From positions 14,694,001 through 14,758,000 of the forward strand of contig NC_043022.1 in NCBI RefSeq assembly GCF_006345805.1: a stretch of 64,000 nt of DNA, read 5' to 3'. The notes under the pieces are model-generated. The model ran no database searches. It worked only from the letters and a program-made list of their open reading frames with translations, and was not told the DNA's origin. Shown in pieces: positions 51,882-64,000 of the stretch. A program made the position numbers and the translations under genes. This DNA is from Octopus sinensis. Its lineage: Eukaryota. Position 1 is the stretch's first letter; every line of letters starts with the position of its first letter.

Positions 51882-53274
51882 CTAAATATAAACGGATTAA
51901 TTAGAACATCTGCTTATGTACTCCAGCTTACACATTTATACATACATTATATATACATAGAATGAGTGTGTGTGAGAAGAAGCATTTACCAAAGCCAATA
52001 CATTCATATATAATGACGAACTATTATATAATTTATACATTTGTACAACAAGTAGGCACTTGAACACAGTTATATAATACAGATGTATGCATACACCAAT
52101 AACATGTGTTCGTGTTGTGCTCCAGCATGGCCACAGCTCATCAGCTGAAACCAGTTCAATTCAGTTCAATGTGTCTATATATATTTATCTAGATTACCAA
52201 CCACATGGTTTCGGGTTCAGTCCCACTGCGTGGCATCTTGGGCAAGTGTCTTCTACTATAGTCTCGGGCCGACCAAAGCCTTGTGAGTGGATTTGGTAGA
52301 CGGAAGCTGAAAGAAGCCCGTCGTATATATGTGTGTGAGTGTGTGTTTGTGTGTCTGTGTTTGTCCCCTAGCATTGCTTGACAACCGATGCTGGTGTGTT
52401 TATGTCCTCGTCACTTAGCGGTTTGGCAAAAGAGACCGATAGAATAAGTACTGAGCTCACAAAGAATAAGTCCTGGGGTCGAGTTGCTCAATTAAAAAAA
52501 AGGCGGTGGTCCAGCATGGCCACAGTCAAATTACTGAAACAAGTAAAAGAGTAAAGAGTATATGAGATAAATAGTAACAGAAAGAGGAGAGAGAGAGGGA
52601 GGGAGAGAGAGAGATTTCTTCGTTAAGCACCTTGCTAATTTTGTGACAGTGAAGACACTAGACAGACCTCAAAATGCTGGGGCTCATGAAGGAAATGGGA
52701 AAGGACCATGGAGAATGGTGATATGTTGTGCCTGAGAAGAGCTGTCCATCTCAACAAAGCTGAGGTCCTGTCATAAAATCACATCCTTCAATATTATACT
52801 GTGAAAGTGCATAGCTTAGTGGTTAAGGTATTTGGGTTATGATCGTAAGGTCATGAGTTCCATTCCTGGCAATGTGTTGTGTCCTTGAGCAAGGATAGAT
52901 GATAGTTCTCCCTGAGAACTATGTAAAGGGTACACGTGTGTGTGGAGTACTCAGCCACTTGCCATGTTAATTTCACGAGCAGGCTGTTCCATTGATTGCA
53001 TCAACTGGAACCCTAGTTGTCGTAACTGACGTTGTGCCAGTTAATATTATACCCTGCTCAAGTGAGGAGGTCTTGTCTTGTGAGTACCTCCTGACCTTAC
53101 CAGTGGTGGTAACATGTAAAAAAACCCCCAAAACATTCAGTACACTCTGCAAAATGGTTTGCATTAGGAAGGGCATTCGGTTGCAGAAACTGTAATAAAG
53201 CAGACGTTGGCGCTCACTGCAACCCTAAGGCATGTGAGTTCCTGTCAAACCAACCAACCTATGTCAAGCATGGA

Positions 53275-53343
<69 letters not shown>

Positions 53344-53460
53344 TATATATATATACATATATATAGGGAATGTTTACGAAAATAAACAAAAGACGAAGGC
53401 AGGTGGAGTACAAACAAACAAATGTATTAGTATGGCGCTCAGGAATAGAAATAGAACAAG

Positions 53461-53498
53461 TCTTTTACATTTTGAGCCTACGCTCTTCGACAGAAAGA
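53461..53498 (-). ncRNA. Degenerate minimal hammerhead motif in a Penelope-like remnant (~53370-53562)
   Basis: TCTTT-CTGTCGA-A-GAGC-GTAG-GCTC-AAAA-TG-TA-AAAGA; stems I and II intact, core mutated; related tail at ~24585-24690. Confidence 0.55.
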
Positions 53499-53562
53499 TA
53501 CACAGAAAAGAAAACAAGGAGAGAAAAAAAATGCGTGTAGGAGCTAACGATCTAACATGGCG

Positions 53563-53611
<49 letters not shown>

Positions 53612-56600
53612 AATATATACATATAATTAAACGGAGGATATTTTATAAACAATTGATAATTATTTCTGAATATATATCAATGGCCAAACATGTTATCATA
53701 AAATACAAAGAAACACACACACAAAAACACACCAAATTTACTGATGCACAGAATATTATGTGTACTTCACATTTAAACACATCATTAATATTGATTTCAA
53801 ATTTTGGCACAAGGCCAGCAATTTCGGGGAGGGGGTAAGGTAAATTGATTACATTGACCACAGTGCTTGACTAGTACTTATTTTATTGAGCCCCAAAAGG
53901 ACGAAAGGCAAAGTTGACTCTGGTGGTATTTGAACTCAGGCCTTCAAGACGAAATGCCTCTACGCATCTGGCCTGGCGCACTAACGATTCTACCAGCTTG
54001 CTGCGTTACACATACATAATATTAACGAATTACACACACATACAAATTAAGATTTATTTAAGGTTTACAAATATGAAGCCTGAAGATGATCCTAGAAGAG
54101 ATGGAAAGTAATATAAATGGAAACAAGAAAAAAAACAATGAAACAGTAAAAAAAAAAAATGGTTGTTTCTATAATTAACCCAAGAATAATCTAGAGTGAG
54201 TCTGTAGTATCTTAATTATCATTTACTTAAAACCCAATTTCCCTATTACTCACCTAAGTCGGATGAGTCTTACACACCTGCACGTTTCTGTATATCCCTA
54301 TTATCTTATTATCCGTTGCTGTGTGGATAAGAGCCTCGTTTCCCAACCATGAGGTGTTAGGTTCAGTCCTGGTGCGGCAGCGCCTTGGGCAAGTGTCTTC
54401 TACTAAATCCCTCGGTCGAATATAGATTTGGGAGTGAATTTGGAAGATGGGAAATAGAAAAAAGCCCACCGTAGAAATATATCATACACAGGCACAGGAG
54501 AGGCTGTGTGGTAAGTAGCTTGCTTACCAACCAAATGGTTCTGGGTTCAGTCCCACTGCGTGGCACCTTGGGCAAGTGTCTTATACTATAACCTCGGGCC
54601 GACCAAAGCCTTGTGAGTGGATTTGGTAGACAGAAACTGAGAGACGCCTGTCGTATATATGTGTATATATATATATATGTATGTGTGTGTATGTATGTGT
54701 TTGTGTGTCTGTGTTTGTCCCTCTAGCATTGCTTGACAACCGATGCTGGTGTGTTTACGTCCCCGTAACTTAGCGGTTCGGCAAAAGAGACTGATAAAAT
54801 AAGTACTAGGCTTACAAAGAATAAGTCCTGGGGTCGATTTGCTCGACTAAAGGCGGTGCTCCAGCATGGCCACACTCAGATGACTGAAACAAGTAAAGAG
54901 AGTAAAAAAGACACCTCAAAAGTAAATTAACACCCCTAGTTGAACTGTTCTATCTCTGTGGCCATTACTCATTAGTGCAATAACCAAATGGGTAGAGTCA
55001 TTAGAAACTGCACGAGGCATGTCTACTAAATTCTAGATTAGGTATTTACATGTATCACACGACATTAAACAATGATGATGATGATGATATATAAAAATAT
55101 ATACATGCATATGTGTGTGTGTGTGTGTGTACATATACATATAAATACATGTATACACACACAAACACATACATACATGCATGTGTGTGTGTGGGGGTAT
55201 GTACCCAAGCCTTGATGGCCTGCGATAGTTGTAAATGAGCATCACAGTTACAAAAGCAATGTTGTTCATCTCCTGCGTTGTGTGGGTTCAAGGCACCAGG
55301 GTCAATGGGTGTATTTATCAGAGCCGAACCTGTTGCAAGCATTAAGGCTTGGTCACACTAGTCGGGGGATTACTTCCTTCCATCAGTCATCTTGCAGACT
55401 GTGAAAGAAAAAAAAAGAAAAGCCCTGAAAAAGTCAGAAGCACTTGTCCTTCCTGTTCTGACTAAGCCAGAAAATAAAAAAGGTCAAATTTTGTACAGGA
55501 GTGAGATACAGTGAGTGTATATAGTAGGCCTTCATCCTGCACCGTACGTTGCAACTTTTGAATCTTGAGATGAAATATCGTAAAGATTACAGTGGTGGGG
55601 CACAAAGTCCATTGCTACGAAAATTAATCTTAGACAAAAGAAATCAATAGGCGCAGGAGTGGCTGTGTGGTAAGTAGCTTGTTTACCAACCACATGGTTC
55701 CGGTTCAGTCCCACTGCGTGGCATCTTGGGCAAGTGTCTTCTGCTATAGCCCCGGGCCGACCAATGCCTTGTGAGTGGATTTGGTAGATGGAAACTGAAA
55801 GAAGCCTGTCGTATATATGTATATATATATATGTGTGTGTATGTGTTTGTCCCCCTAGCATTGCTTGACAACCGATGCTGGTGTGTTTACGTCCCCGTCT
55901 TTTAGCAGTTCAGCAAAAGAGACCGATAGAATAAGTACTGGGCTTACAAAGAATAAGTCCTGGGGTCGATTTGCTCGACTAAAAGGCGGTGCTCCATCAT
56001 GGCCGCAGTCAAATGACTGAAACAAGTAAATCGGTAAAACAAAGAGTAAACAGTAATAAAGGTTTGTAATTTAGCTTGTTGTCATGCCAGTGCCAGGTAA
56101 AAAATACCTGTGCCTGCACCATGTACAATGCATTCATGGTGGCACCACGTAAAGAGCTCCCTTGCCCGCGTCACATAGAAAAGTACTTGTGTTGGTGCCA
56201 TGTAAAAGCACCTGGTATATGTTGTAAAGTGATTAGGAAGGGCATCCAACTGTAGAAACAATGTCAAAACAGACGGCTGGGGCCTGGTGCAGCCCTCTGG
56301 CTTGCCGGCTCCTGTCAAACTGTCCAAACCATACCACCACGGAAAATAGATGTTGAATGATGACGATGATGAAGATGATTCTGCCAGCTTGTAACTTTAG
56401 TTTAATACAAATATTGGTTTCAAATTTTGGCACAAGGCCAGCAATTTAGGGCACAGGGGATAAGTCAATTACACTGACCCCAGTGTTTAACTGGTACATA
56501 TTTCATCAACCCTGAAAGGATGAAAGGCAAACTTAGCCTTGGTGGAATTTGAACTCAGAACATGAAGACAGATGAAGTGCTGCTAAGAATTTTCCCAGAA

Positions 56601-56833
56601 TGCTAATGTTTCTCCCAACTTGCCACCTTAGTTTTAATACAAATATTAAAAACAGGATTATGGAAACAATATATTGCCAACACACATGAGCTTGAGACAC
56701 GGCCGCTCTCATGCACTTATTATTAATTCTGGAAGGAGCTTCATGAAACCACTGCAGAGACACTTCCAGAAAAAAAAAAATTTCAGTAACCCTTAGAAAA
56801 CCGATAATAGCAGTGACTCGATCAATTCCTAGC

Positions 56834-56881
56834 GATATCTGAAGAAGGAATTTTTATATTCCGAAATAATATTATCATATC
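56834..56881 (+). ncRNA. Minimal type-I hammerhead ribozyme (Penelope-type), intact core
   Basis: GATAT-CTGAAGA-A-GGAAT...ATTCC-GAAA-TAATATTA-TC-ATATC: stem I, core, stem II, palindromic stem III, AUC cleavage triplet. Confidence 0.8.
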
Positions 56882-57427
56882 AGACTGTGGATAATTAAAT
56901 TATAAAAGTTATTATAGTCCAGTGTTGTTATTAAGGTGCACTGTTGTGCCATTCAAGACACATTATATTTTATAATAAATAATTATTTCTACCCTAGACA
57001 CAGGGCCTTGAAAATTTTGTGGGGAAGGGGTCTAAGCTTGCCGCCCTTTTGCAAACAATAAATAATAAAAACAAAAACTCCTTTATTAACATCCTACATC
57101 ATACACTTGCATTCTTATGTTTGTTCCGAAAATATATAAAAATTTGTGAATTTCATGTAAGGTGTGAAAATGCAAATACCTGTCAACACAATTGTAATAT
57201 TCTTTTTTTTTTGTTTTGCATATTTTTTGACTTAATTTACATTTTTCAGCCATTGGATTGCAGCTATTGTGGGGGTACTGTCTTGAAGGGGTTAGTTGAA
57301 CGAATCAACTCCAGTATTTACAGGGTCATAAATATTACTTCCCCTTTGTTTGAGCCTTCTCTACTACCACCTATGCGGTGACAATATTTACAAATATTCA
57401 AATATTTCGAAAATTGTTTAAGAAAAG

Positions 57428-57450
57428 AATATATTATATATATATATATA

Positions 57451-57481
<31 letters not shown>

Positions 57482-57729
57482 CTATATATATATAAGATAT
57501 ATATATAGATAATATATATATATATAATATATATATATATAATATATAAATATATATATATTATATATAATATATATATATATATAATATATATATATAT
57601 ATAATATATATATATATATAATATAATATATATAATATATATATATATATATTATATAATATATATATATTATATATATATATATATATATATTATATTA
57701 TATAAATAATATATATATTATATATAATA

Positions 57730-57783
<54 letters not shown>

Positions 57784-57791
57784 TAATATAT

Positions 57792-57825
<34 letters not shown>

Positions 57826-57911
57826 TATCTATATATATATAATATATAATATATATATATATATAATCTAATATATATATATATATATATATAATATAAT
57901 ATATCTATATA

Positions 57912-57944
<33 letters not shown>

Positions 57945-57964
57945 AATATATATAATATATATAT
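57428..57964. repeat. (AT)n array
   Basis: Direct reading. Confidence 0.95.
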
Positions 57965-58932
57965 GCTACACTCTCGGAGTGGTTGGCATTAGAAAGGGCT
58001 CTAGCTGTAGAAACTCTGCCAGATCAGATTGGAGTGGAGTCTGGTGCAGCCATCTGGTTCGCCAGACCTCAGTCAAATTTGCCAACCCATGCTAGCATGG
58101 AAAGCGGATGTTGAACGATGATGAAGATGATGAAGCTGATGATGATGATGATGATATATATATATATATGTATGTATATAAAGATATTAAGGATTCCTTT
58201 CCTCTCAAAGAGAGGGGGAAAAAGAAGTTCCACATCCTTTATGTAATGGGTCCATACATACACAGAAAGAATATTCAATTTGTAAAGTAATTCAATATTT
58301 TTTGGGAAATTCAAACAACTTGCAAGACACATCTATTGAAGATTGCCATGCTTCTTAGACATGTTACCAAAAATCATAGAGACAATAAAAAAAAAGGTAC
58401 CAAAATGTAAAATCTTTTTCTTCTCCAAACAGGGGGAAACTCCCAAGAATACACTTGTGACTTATCTTAGTAATGAGTTCACATAAACATGACAAAAAAC
58501 AAAAGTAATCCAAAATTTTCCAAAAATTCATGAACTCATAAAACATATCAACCATAGATAGCTCAAGTAACAATGATTGCTGATGATGATGATGGTGATG
58601 ATGGTGATGATATTTTCTTTAATTGGCCACAAGGTACATTGGCCCATGTTTATTGGGGACATGGTATATAGTCAACTAAAATAACTGATATTTGCGTCCT
58701 CATTGGTCCCATGGAGATGAAAGGCAAAGAAGATCAAGTTGAGATTTGAACTCACACACACAACCACCCCTCCAAAAAAAAAAAGCAAAACAAAAAGAAT
58801 GTAACTAAATACCACAACACATTTTGTTTGGTTCACTAACACCAATTAATTAACCAAATAACATCAAAGAAATTTTTTTAACGAATTAAATTAAATGAAA
58901 CTAACATTATAAATAATTTGATTAATACTTGC

Positions 58933-59142
58933 TTTTGAAATTCTTTGTTTGACAAATCCTTCGGAAACTACTCCAGCCTGCGGAGGCTTTTCTGAGAGGG
59001 GCTCCGTAGCAAAAGCAGCGGATTCTGTAGCAGCAGAGGAGATTTCACCTCTCGGGGACTCAGTAATATTCGGTGTCTTCCGATGAGTAGAACTTGGTGA
59101 GCTTTTTGTGGAACACTGACTGTTTTGGTTAGATGTACTCAT
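58933..59142 (-). CDS. CROCC: Rootletin-like gene, putative first coding exon (MSTSNQNSQ...GFVKQRISK), ending at a GC donor
   Basis: ATG at 59142 in GCAATGA context; 210 nt (70 codons) open to AAA|GCAAGT; phase 0 matches the next exon and gives RISK|LEQLM. S/T/P-rich, no recognisable homology. Confidence 0.55.
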
Positions 59143-60060
59143 TGCCACCCTTAAGTGTATCTATGACGATTAATTTGCAAATGGACTTTTCTTTTTCAAC
59201 AAGAAAATAATAATAATAATAATAATAATAACGATACTAAAATGTCTAATTTATTTCTCATTTCAGTGACAAATGCACTAAAATGAAATCATAATGATGA
59301 CGACGATGATGATGATGACAAAAACTAACAATAACCAATAATAACTGCTATGGAATTACAGAATTCCTCAGTGTAGACTTAAGCCACTGTCTTAAATTTT
59401 TAAGACATATTCCTGTATATCTTCAAGGCTTGAGTAGCAGAATGATATTATATTATATTTGGAAGAGTATATCTTGAGGCAGACACAAAGTTATATATAA
59501 TGGCAGTAGATAAATATTAAGTTGAAGACCCCTTTTGGATAAAAAAAAAGTTGAAGGCTGCCTGAAGGGATTGAACTTGTGTCTCCTTGAGCTGAGATAA
59601 CTAAATGATTTTGATGCTTCCAATCTTTGGATTTGGACAATATTTCTCAGAAATATATATATCCACTTTGTAAAGCTCTCAGCTGGTTAAAAAATAAAAT
59701 TACACAACCCCAAAACAAACTAAAAACTGGTTCAAACAACGAACGGTTCCAATCAAAGATGTTTTGACGTGTGAATGAGTTCTTATTTATGTAAGAATCC
59801 ACCAAGAAAACAAATGGTTCAATCAGATCAAAATACTGAATTGAATAGCGTTGCACTCAGTAAATTTCGATCCAACCATCAATGAATTTATTACTAAACC
59901 TTTAAAAAAAAAAAAAGCAAATCTACTTATTATTAAAGTACATCATTATCATCGTCATCAACTATATATATTATATTATATTATATATATTATATATATG
60001 TAATACTATGGAGGATTAAGCATCATATGTGAAAGTGTCACAGCTTACAATCAAGCTCTG

Positions 60061-60160
60061 AAACATCGTTGCTATGTTATCAGTCAACAGAACAAAGTAC
60101 AAGCTCTGCTGACTCCACGAGTGCCCAGTTACCATAGATATATATAGGACCAATGGACAG
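60061..60160. promoter_or_regulatory. Candidate ciliary-gene promoter module: RFX X-box (60128-60141), weaker X-box-like site (60068-60081), forkhead-like GTCAACA (60083-60089), CCAAT
   Basis: Reverse complement ATATCTATGGTAAC fits RTHNYYWTRRNRAC; about 1 kb upstream of the putative ATG in non-repetitive sequence. Confidence 0.4.
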
Positions 60161-60331
60161 CAATCATGTATAGACTAATATCTGGAAGCACGTAAGATAA
60201 AGGTCTTTGATTTTTTGCTTTAATAAATAAGTGATATAATCCCTCACAACTTAACATCGATGCAAAAATATATATTTATTCACTACACAAAAATTAGAGC
60301 ACATCTATGTCTATCTATGTAACTCACCATT

Positions 60332-60363
<32 letters not shown>

Positions 60364-60602
60364 GTTTGTATATTTATCTATATCTCTCTTTAGCACTCTG
60401 TATCCCTATCTACTTACCTACCTATCTATCCACATGAATGTGTGTGTATGTGTGTGTTTGGATATTTATCCATATCTCTCTTTATCAATCTGCATCTCTC
60501 TCTCTCTCTCTCTCTCTTATATATATATATATATAAATATATATATATATATCAATCTATATATGTTTGTCTGTCTATATCTATCTATCTATATATAAAT
60601 AT

Positions 60603-60634
<32 letters not shown>

Positions 60635-60748
60635 TATATATATATATATATATATCAATCTATATGTCTGTCTGTCTATATCTATCTATATATAAATATA
60701 TACACACACACACACATATATATATATATGTATATATCAATCTATATA

Positions 60749-60779
<31 letters not shown>

Positions 60780-62064
60780 ATATAAATATATATACACACA
60801 CACACATATATATATATATATCAATCTATATATGTCTGTCTATATCTATCTATATATATATATATATATAAATACCACACACACACACATATAGTTTTAG
60901 AGCAAAATGAAAGCTGTGATAGCCAATAGACCATGGCTACTACAGGTAGTAAAAATTCTAACAGTATCTGTGAACTGCTCAAGCAAACATAACAACAGAA
61001 GTCCAGAATGCTGAATTGTTTTGCTTCCATTCCCTGCTTACCATGCCCCCACCCGTATGCTGAATCAGTACAATACACTTAATAAGGCAGAAACAAGACA
61101 CTACATTGATTAAAAAGAGTAAAATTAATCAAAGACTGGTGTGTAACGCCTGACCTTACTCCTTTGCAGAAACTAACTACAAGGATAATATCTAGAGTGG
61201 AAAATGGTCCTTTTAACCCCTTAGCATTCAGACTGCTCTGTTGGATGTGATGGTTTATTTATTTACAGTATTTTTTAATTAATCATGGTTTATCTCGTAG
61301 CTTTGAGATTCCAGTAATGTGATTGTTCTTTTTAGAATGACATGGTAGGGTAGGCGTGAAAGGCCAAATCTGGGTAGTTTGAACATAAAGCAGTTGGAAT
61401 ATTTAAGCTCTAGGGCTGGTGCCACTTAGAAAACACTGGTGATGGTGTCATATAAAAAGCATCTGGTACACTCTGCATGGCTCAGAGTCATGAAGTAGTG
61501 AGTTCGATTCCAGGACGGGCTGTGTGTTGTGTTCTTTGTATGCCAGGGTGACTGCTGGTCTTCCATAAACAGCCTTGTCCAGACTTCTGCCTCAGAGGGC
61601 AACTTTCTGGGTGCAATCCCATGGTCATTCATGACCGATGAGGGAGCCCTTATCCTTTACACTCTGTGGAGTGGTTCACATTAGGAAGGGCAGGCATCCA
61701 GCTGTAGAAACCAAGCCAAAACAGACTACGGAACCTTGTGCGGCCCCTGGGCTTACAGGCTCCTGTCAAGCTGTTCAACCCACGCCAGCAAATGATGATG
61801 ATGATGACGCCCGCCGGTTTCAAGGGTTAAACCCAGATACAGAACTGGTGCTAGACTGAGCATGTCCTGAACAGAGTTGAAGTCACACTCCAGTGAACTA
61901 AGAGGAGATGAAAAAGCTTCAACTTTTCATCATCTCTACACAGTGAGGACATTTAATGAGAGGAACATTCCCTATTGATCGATCCCTTCCATACTTATTG
62001 CTCCTATCTATCAATCAATCTATCCATGTCTGTATGTGCGTATGCATATATAACACACGTATAT

Positions 62065-62108
<44 letters not shown>

Positions 62109-63530
62109 ACATTACTCTTTATGTACATTCCTTTATGTACACTGATTTGTTCTGCTTTTTTATGTTTAACCCTACAGTCTCTTATGTGGTGGTTTAATAA
62201 AGTATGTGATTGAGTATTATCTGGTAATTGATATTTGATTTAGATGTATTTCTCCATTTTCTTATCTTGTATATATATATATAATTATAAACATATAGAA
62301 ATGTATATAAATATATAAATATAAATATATATAAATATATAAATAAATAAATATATACATATATATAAATATATACAGGAGTGGCTGTGTAGTAAGTAGC
62401 TTGCTAACGAACCACATGGTTCCGGGTTCAGTCCCACTGCTTGGCATCTTGGGCAAGTGTCTTCTACTATGCCTTGTGAGTGGATTTGGTAGACGGAAAC
62501 TGAAAGAAGCCCGTCGTATATATGTATGTGTGTCTGAAACAAGTAAAAGAATAAAAGACTATCCTAATGTTTTGCATTCTATTTTCCTGTTTGTGTCACT
62601 AAACTTATTTTGTATAACCACAACATCCTCAAAACTAGTAGAACTGCAGTCCTTTATTTTGGTATTTAGGAGAAAAATTAGCAATTTTTAACGGATTATA
62701 ATTTAGTTAAGGCCAGGGGATAAAAATAAAACAAATGTTTGCTTATAAATTATGTTTAATTTGCTAAAAACTAAAAATAATTGCAACGCATACAAAATTT
62801 GTTGTATTGTATTTTGGAAGAGTCATTATGCTAATAAACACATGCACTGGTTCTATTTTACTTCTTTTATTGTTACTAGTCAATTTGTTAACATTTATCG
62901 ATTGTTTGTTTAGTTGTTCAAACACTTGCTAAATCAGCTGGGTTTGTCCTCATCAATAACAGATCTGATTGATTGATTGACTAAATGATTAGTCAAACAA
63001 CCAATAAATTGATTGATTAACCAATTGACAAACAATAATAAAGAAGTGAAAGAGAACCAGTGCATGTTTAATATTGGCATTATGACCCTCCCAAGAGACA
63101 ACAAAATCTGCTTCAACACAAGAGTTCACATGCAAACCAAACACGAAAATAAATAATTTCTTATGTGGTTCTTGAAAAAGTTGAAGTAAAATTGAGAAAG
63201 GAAGTACCCATCACTTCATACAGTACATTTTATTCTCCGCTTTCTGATTTGTGGGTAGGTTACCAAATGAGATTAAAACATTTAATTAATTATAAGCATC
63301 AATAATTATATAAGATGTTGAAAATCATTGTCTTTTTGTGACATAAGAGTATTTAACTGAATAAATATTCTTAACGAACACTATTTTCATTTTCTTGAAA
63401 TCTAAATACCAAACCAGTTATGGGATTGTATACGCTACACAACAAGACGAACAAAACAATTACATAATCAGAGAGGCAAATGTTATAACGATGATGATGA
63501 TGATGATGATAACAATGACACACATACATA

Positions 63531-63615
63531 CAAGGGCTGTGGAATCGGAGTCATGGAGTCGGAGGTGCCAATAGTAGAGGAGTCAAAGTTTTTTTGTTTC
63601 GAATCCACAGCCCTG
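63531..63615. mobile_element. Short hAT-like MITE
   Basis: Termini CA(A)GGGCTGTGGA.TC / GAATCCACAGCCCTG, internal GGAGTC repeats. Confidence 0.55.
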
Positions 63616-64000
63616 ATACATACATACATACAAAAAAGGTATGCTCTTTTGAATAGGGTGCCATAAAGTTTTGTCCAACTATGTGCCCCTTTCAGACTAT
63701 TCTTTTCCTTACAGGTGCCATTTCCGTGACACTGGGGTGCTTTTACATGCCACTGGCACAGGTACCAATTTGGGTGACACCGATATTTGCCATAACTGCG
63801 ATTTTGCTCAGCTTGATGGGTCTTCTTCTCAAGCACAATATAATGCCAAAGGTCTTGGTCATTGTCTCTGTGAGGCCCAACACTCAAAAGGAACTCAGCC
63901 ACTTTGCCTCCATGAGGACCAACGCTTAGAAAGGTGTTCTTTATGTACCACCAGCACAGGTGCCAGTTAACACGGCTATGATTTCACTTGGCTTGATGGT

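Noticed and set aside
54075-54120. CTGAAGA...GAAA hammerhead-like string (also 4781-4825 and 31491-31535)
   Set aside because: Stem I/III complementarity is missing or the core is too degenerate to call.
54254-54277. 24-nt micro-exon with strong GTGAGT donor
   Set aside because: Contains TAG in the required phase 0 and has a poor polypyrimidine tract; no support as coding.

Overview
AT-rich eukaryotic genomic DNA. The SINE and microsatellite repertoire points to an octopus or other coleoid cephalopod (inference). One large minus-strand gene dominates the window: a rootletin (CROCC-like) ciliary-rootlet coiled-coil protein. I reconstructed 22 exons by hand from splice signals and phase continuity, about 1,446 codons from ~59142 down to 1013; the gene continues off the left edge. 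Splicing oddities are a tandem-duplicated, probably mutually exclusive exon pair (49071-49151 / 48936-49007), a probable GC-AG first intron, a NAGNAG acceptor, a ~640-nt AG-free zone, and an apparent 1-bp frameshift at 27582-27585. Introns are packed with tRNA-derived SINEs, MITEs (pogo/mariner, hAT, piggyBac-like), RTE and R4/Dong-like remnants, mini- and microsatellites. The most unexpected signal is a set of minimal type-I hammerhead ribozyme motifs of the Penelope-element type. One has an intact core (56834-56881), two form an inverted pair, and several sit inside a TSD-flanked, tRNA-headed SINE family. Most ORFs in the supplied track are repeat artefacts.
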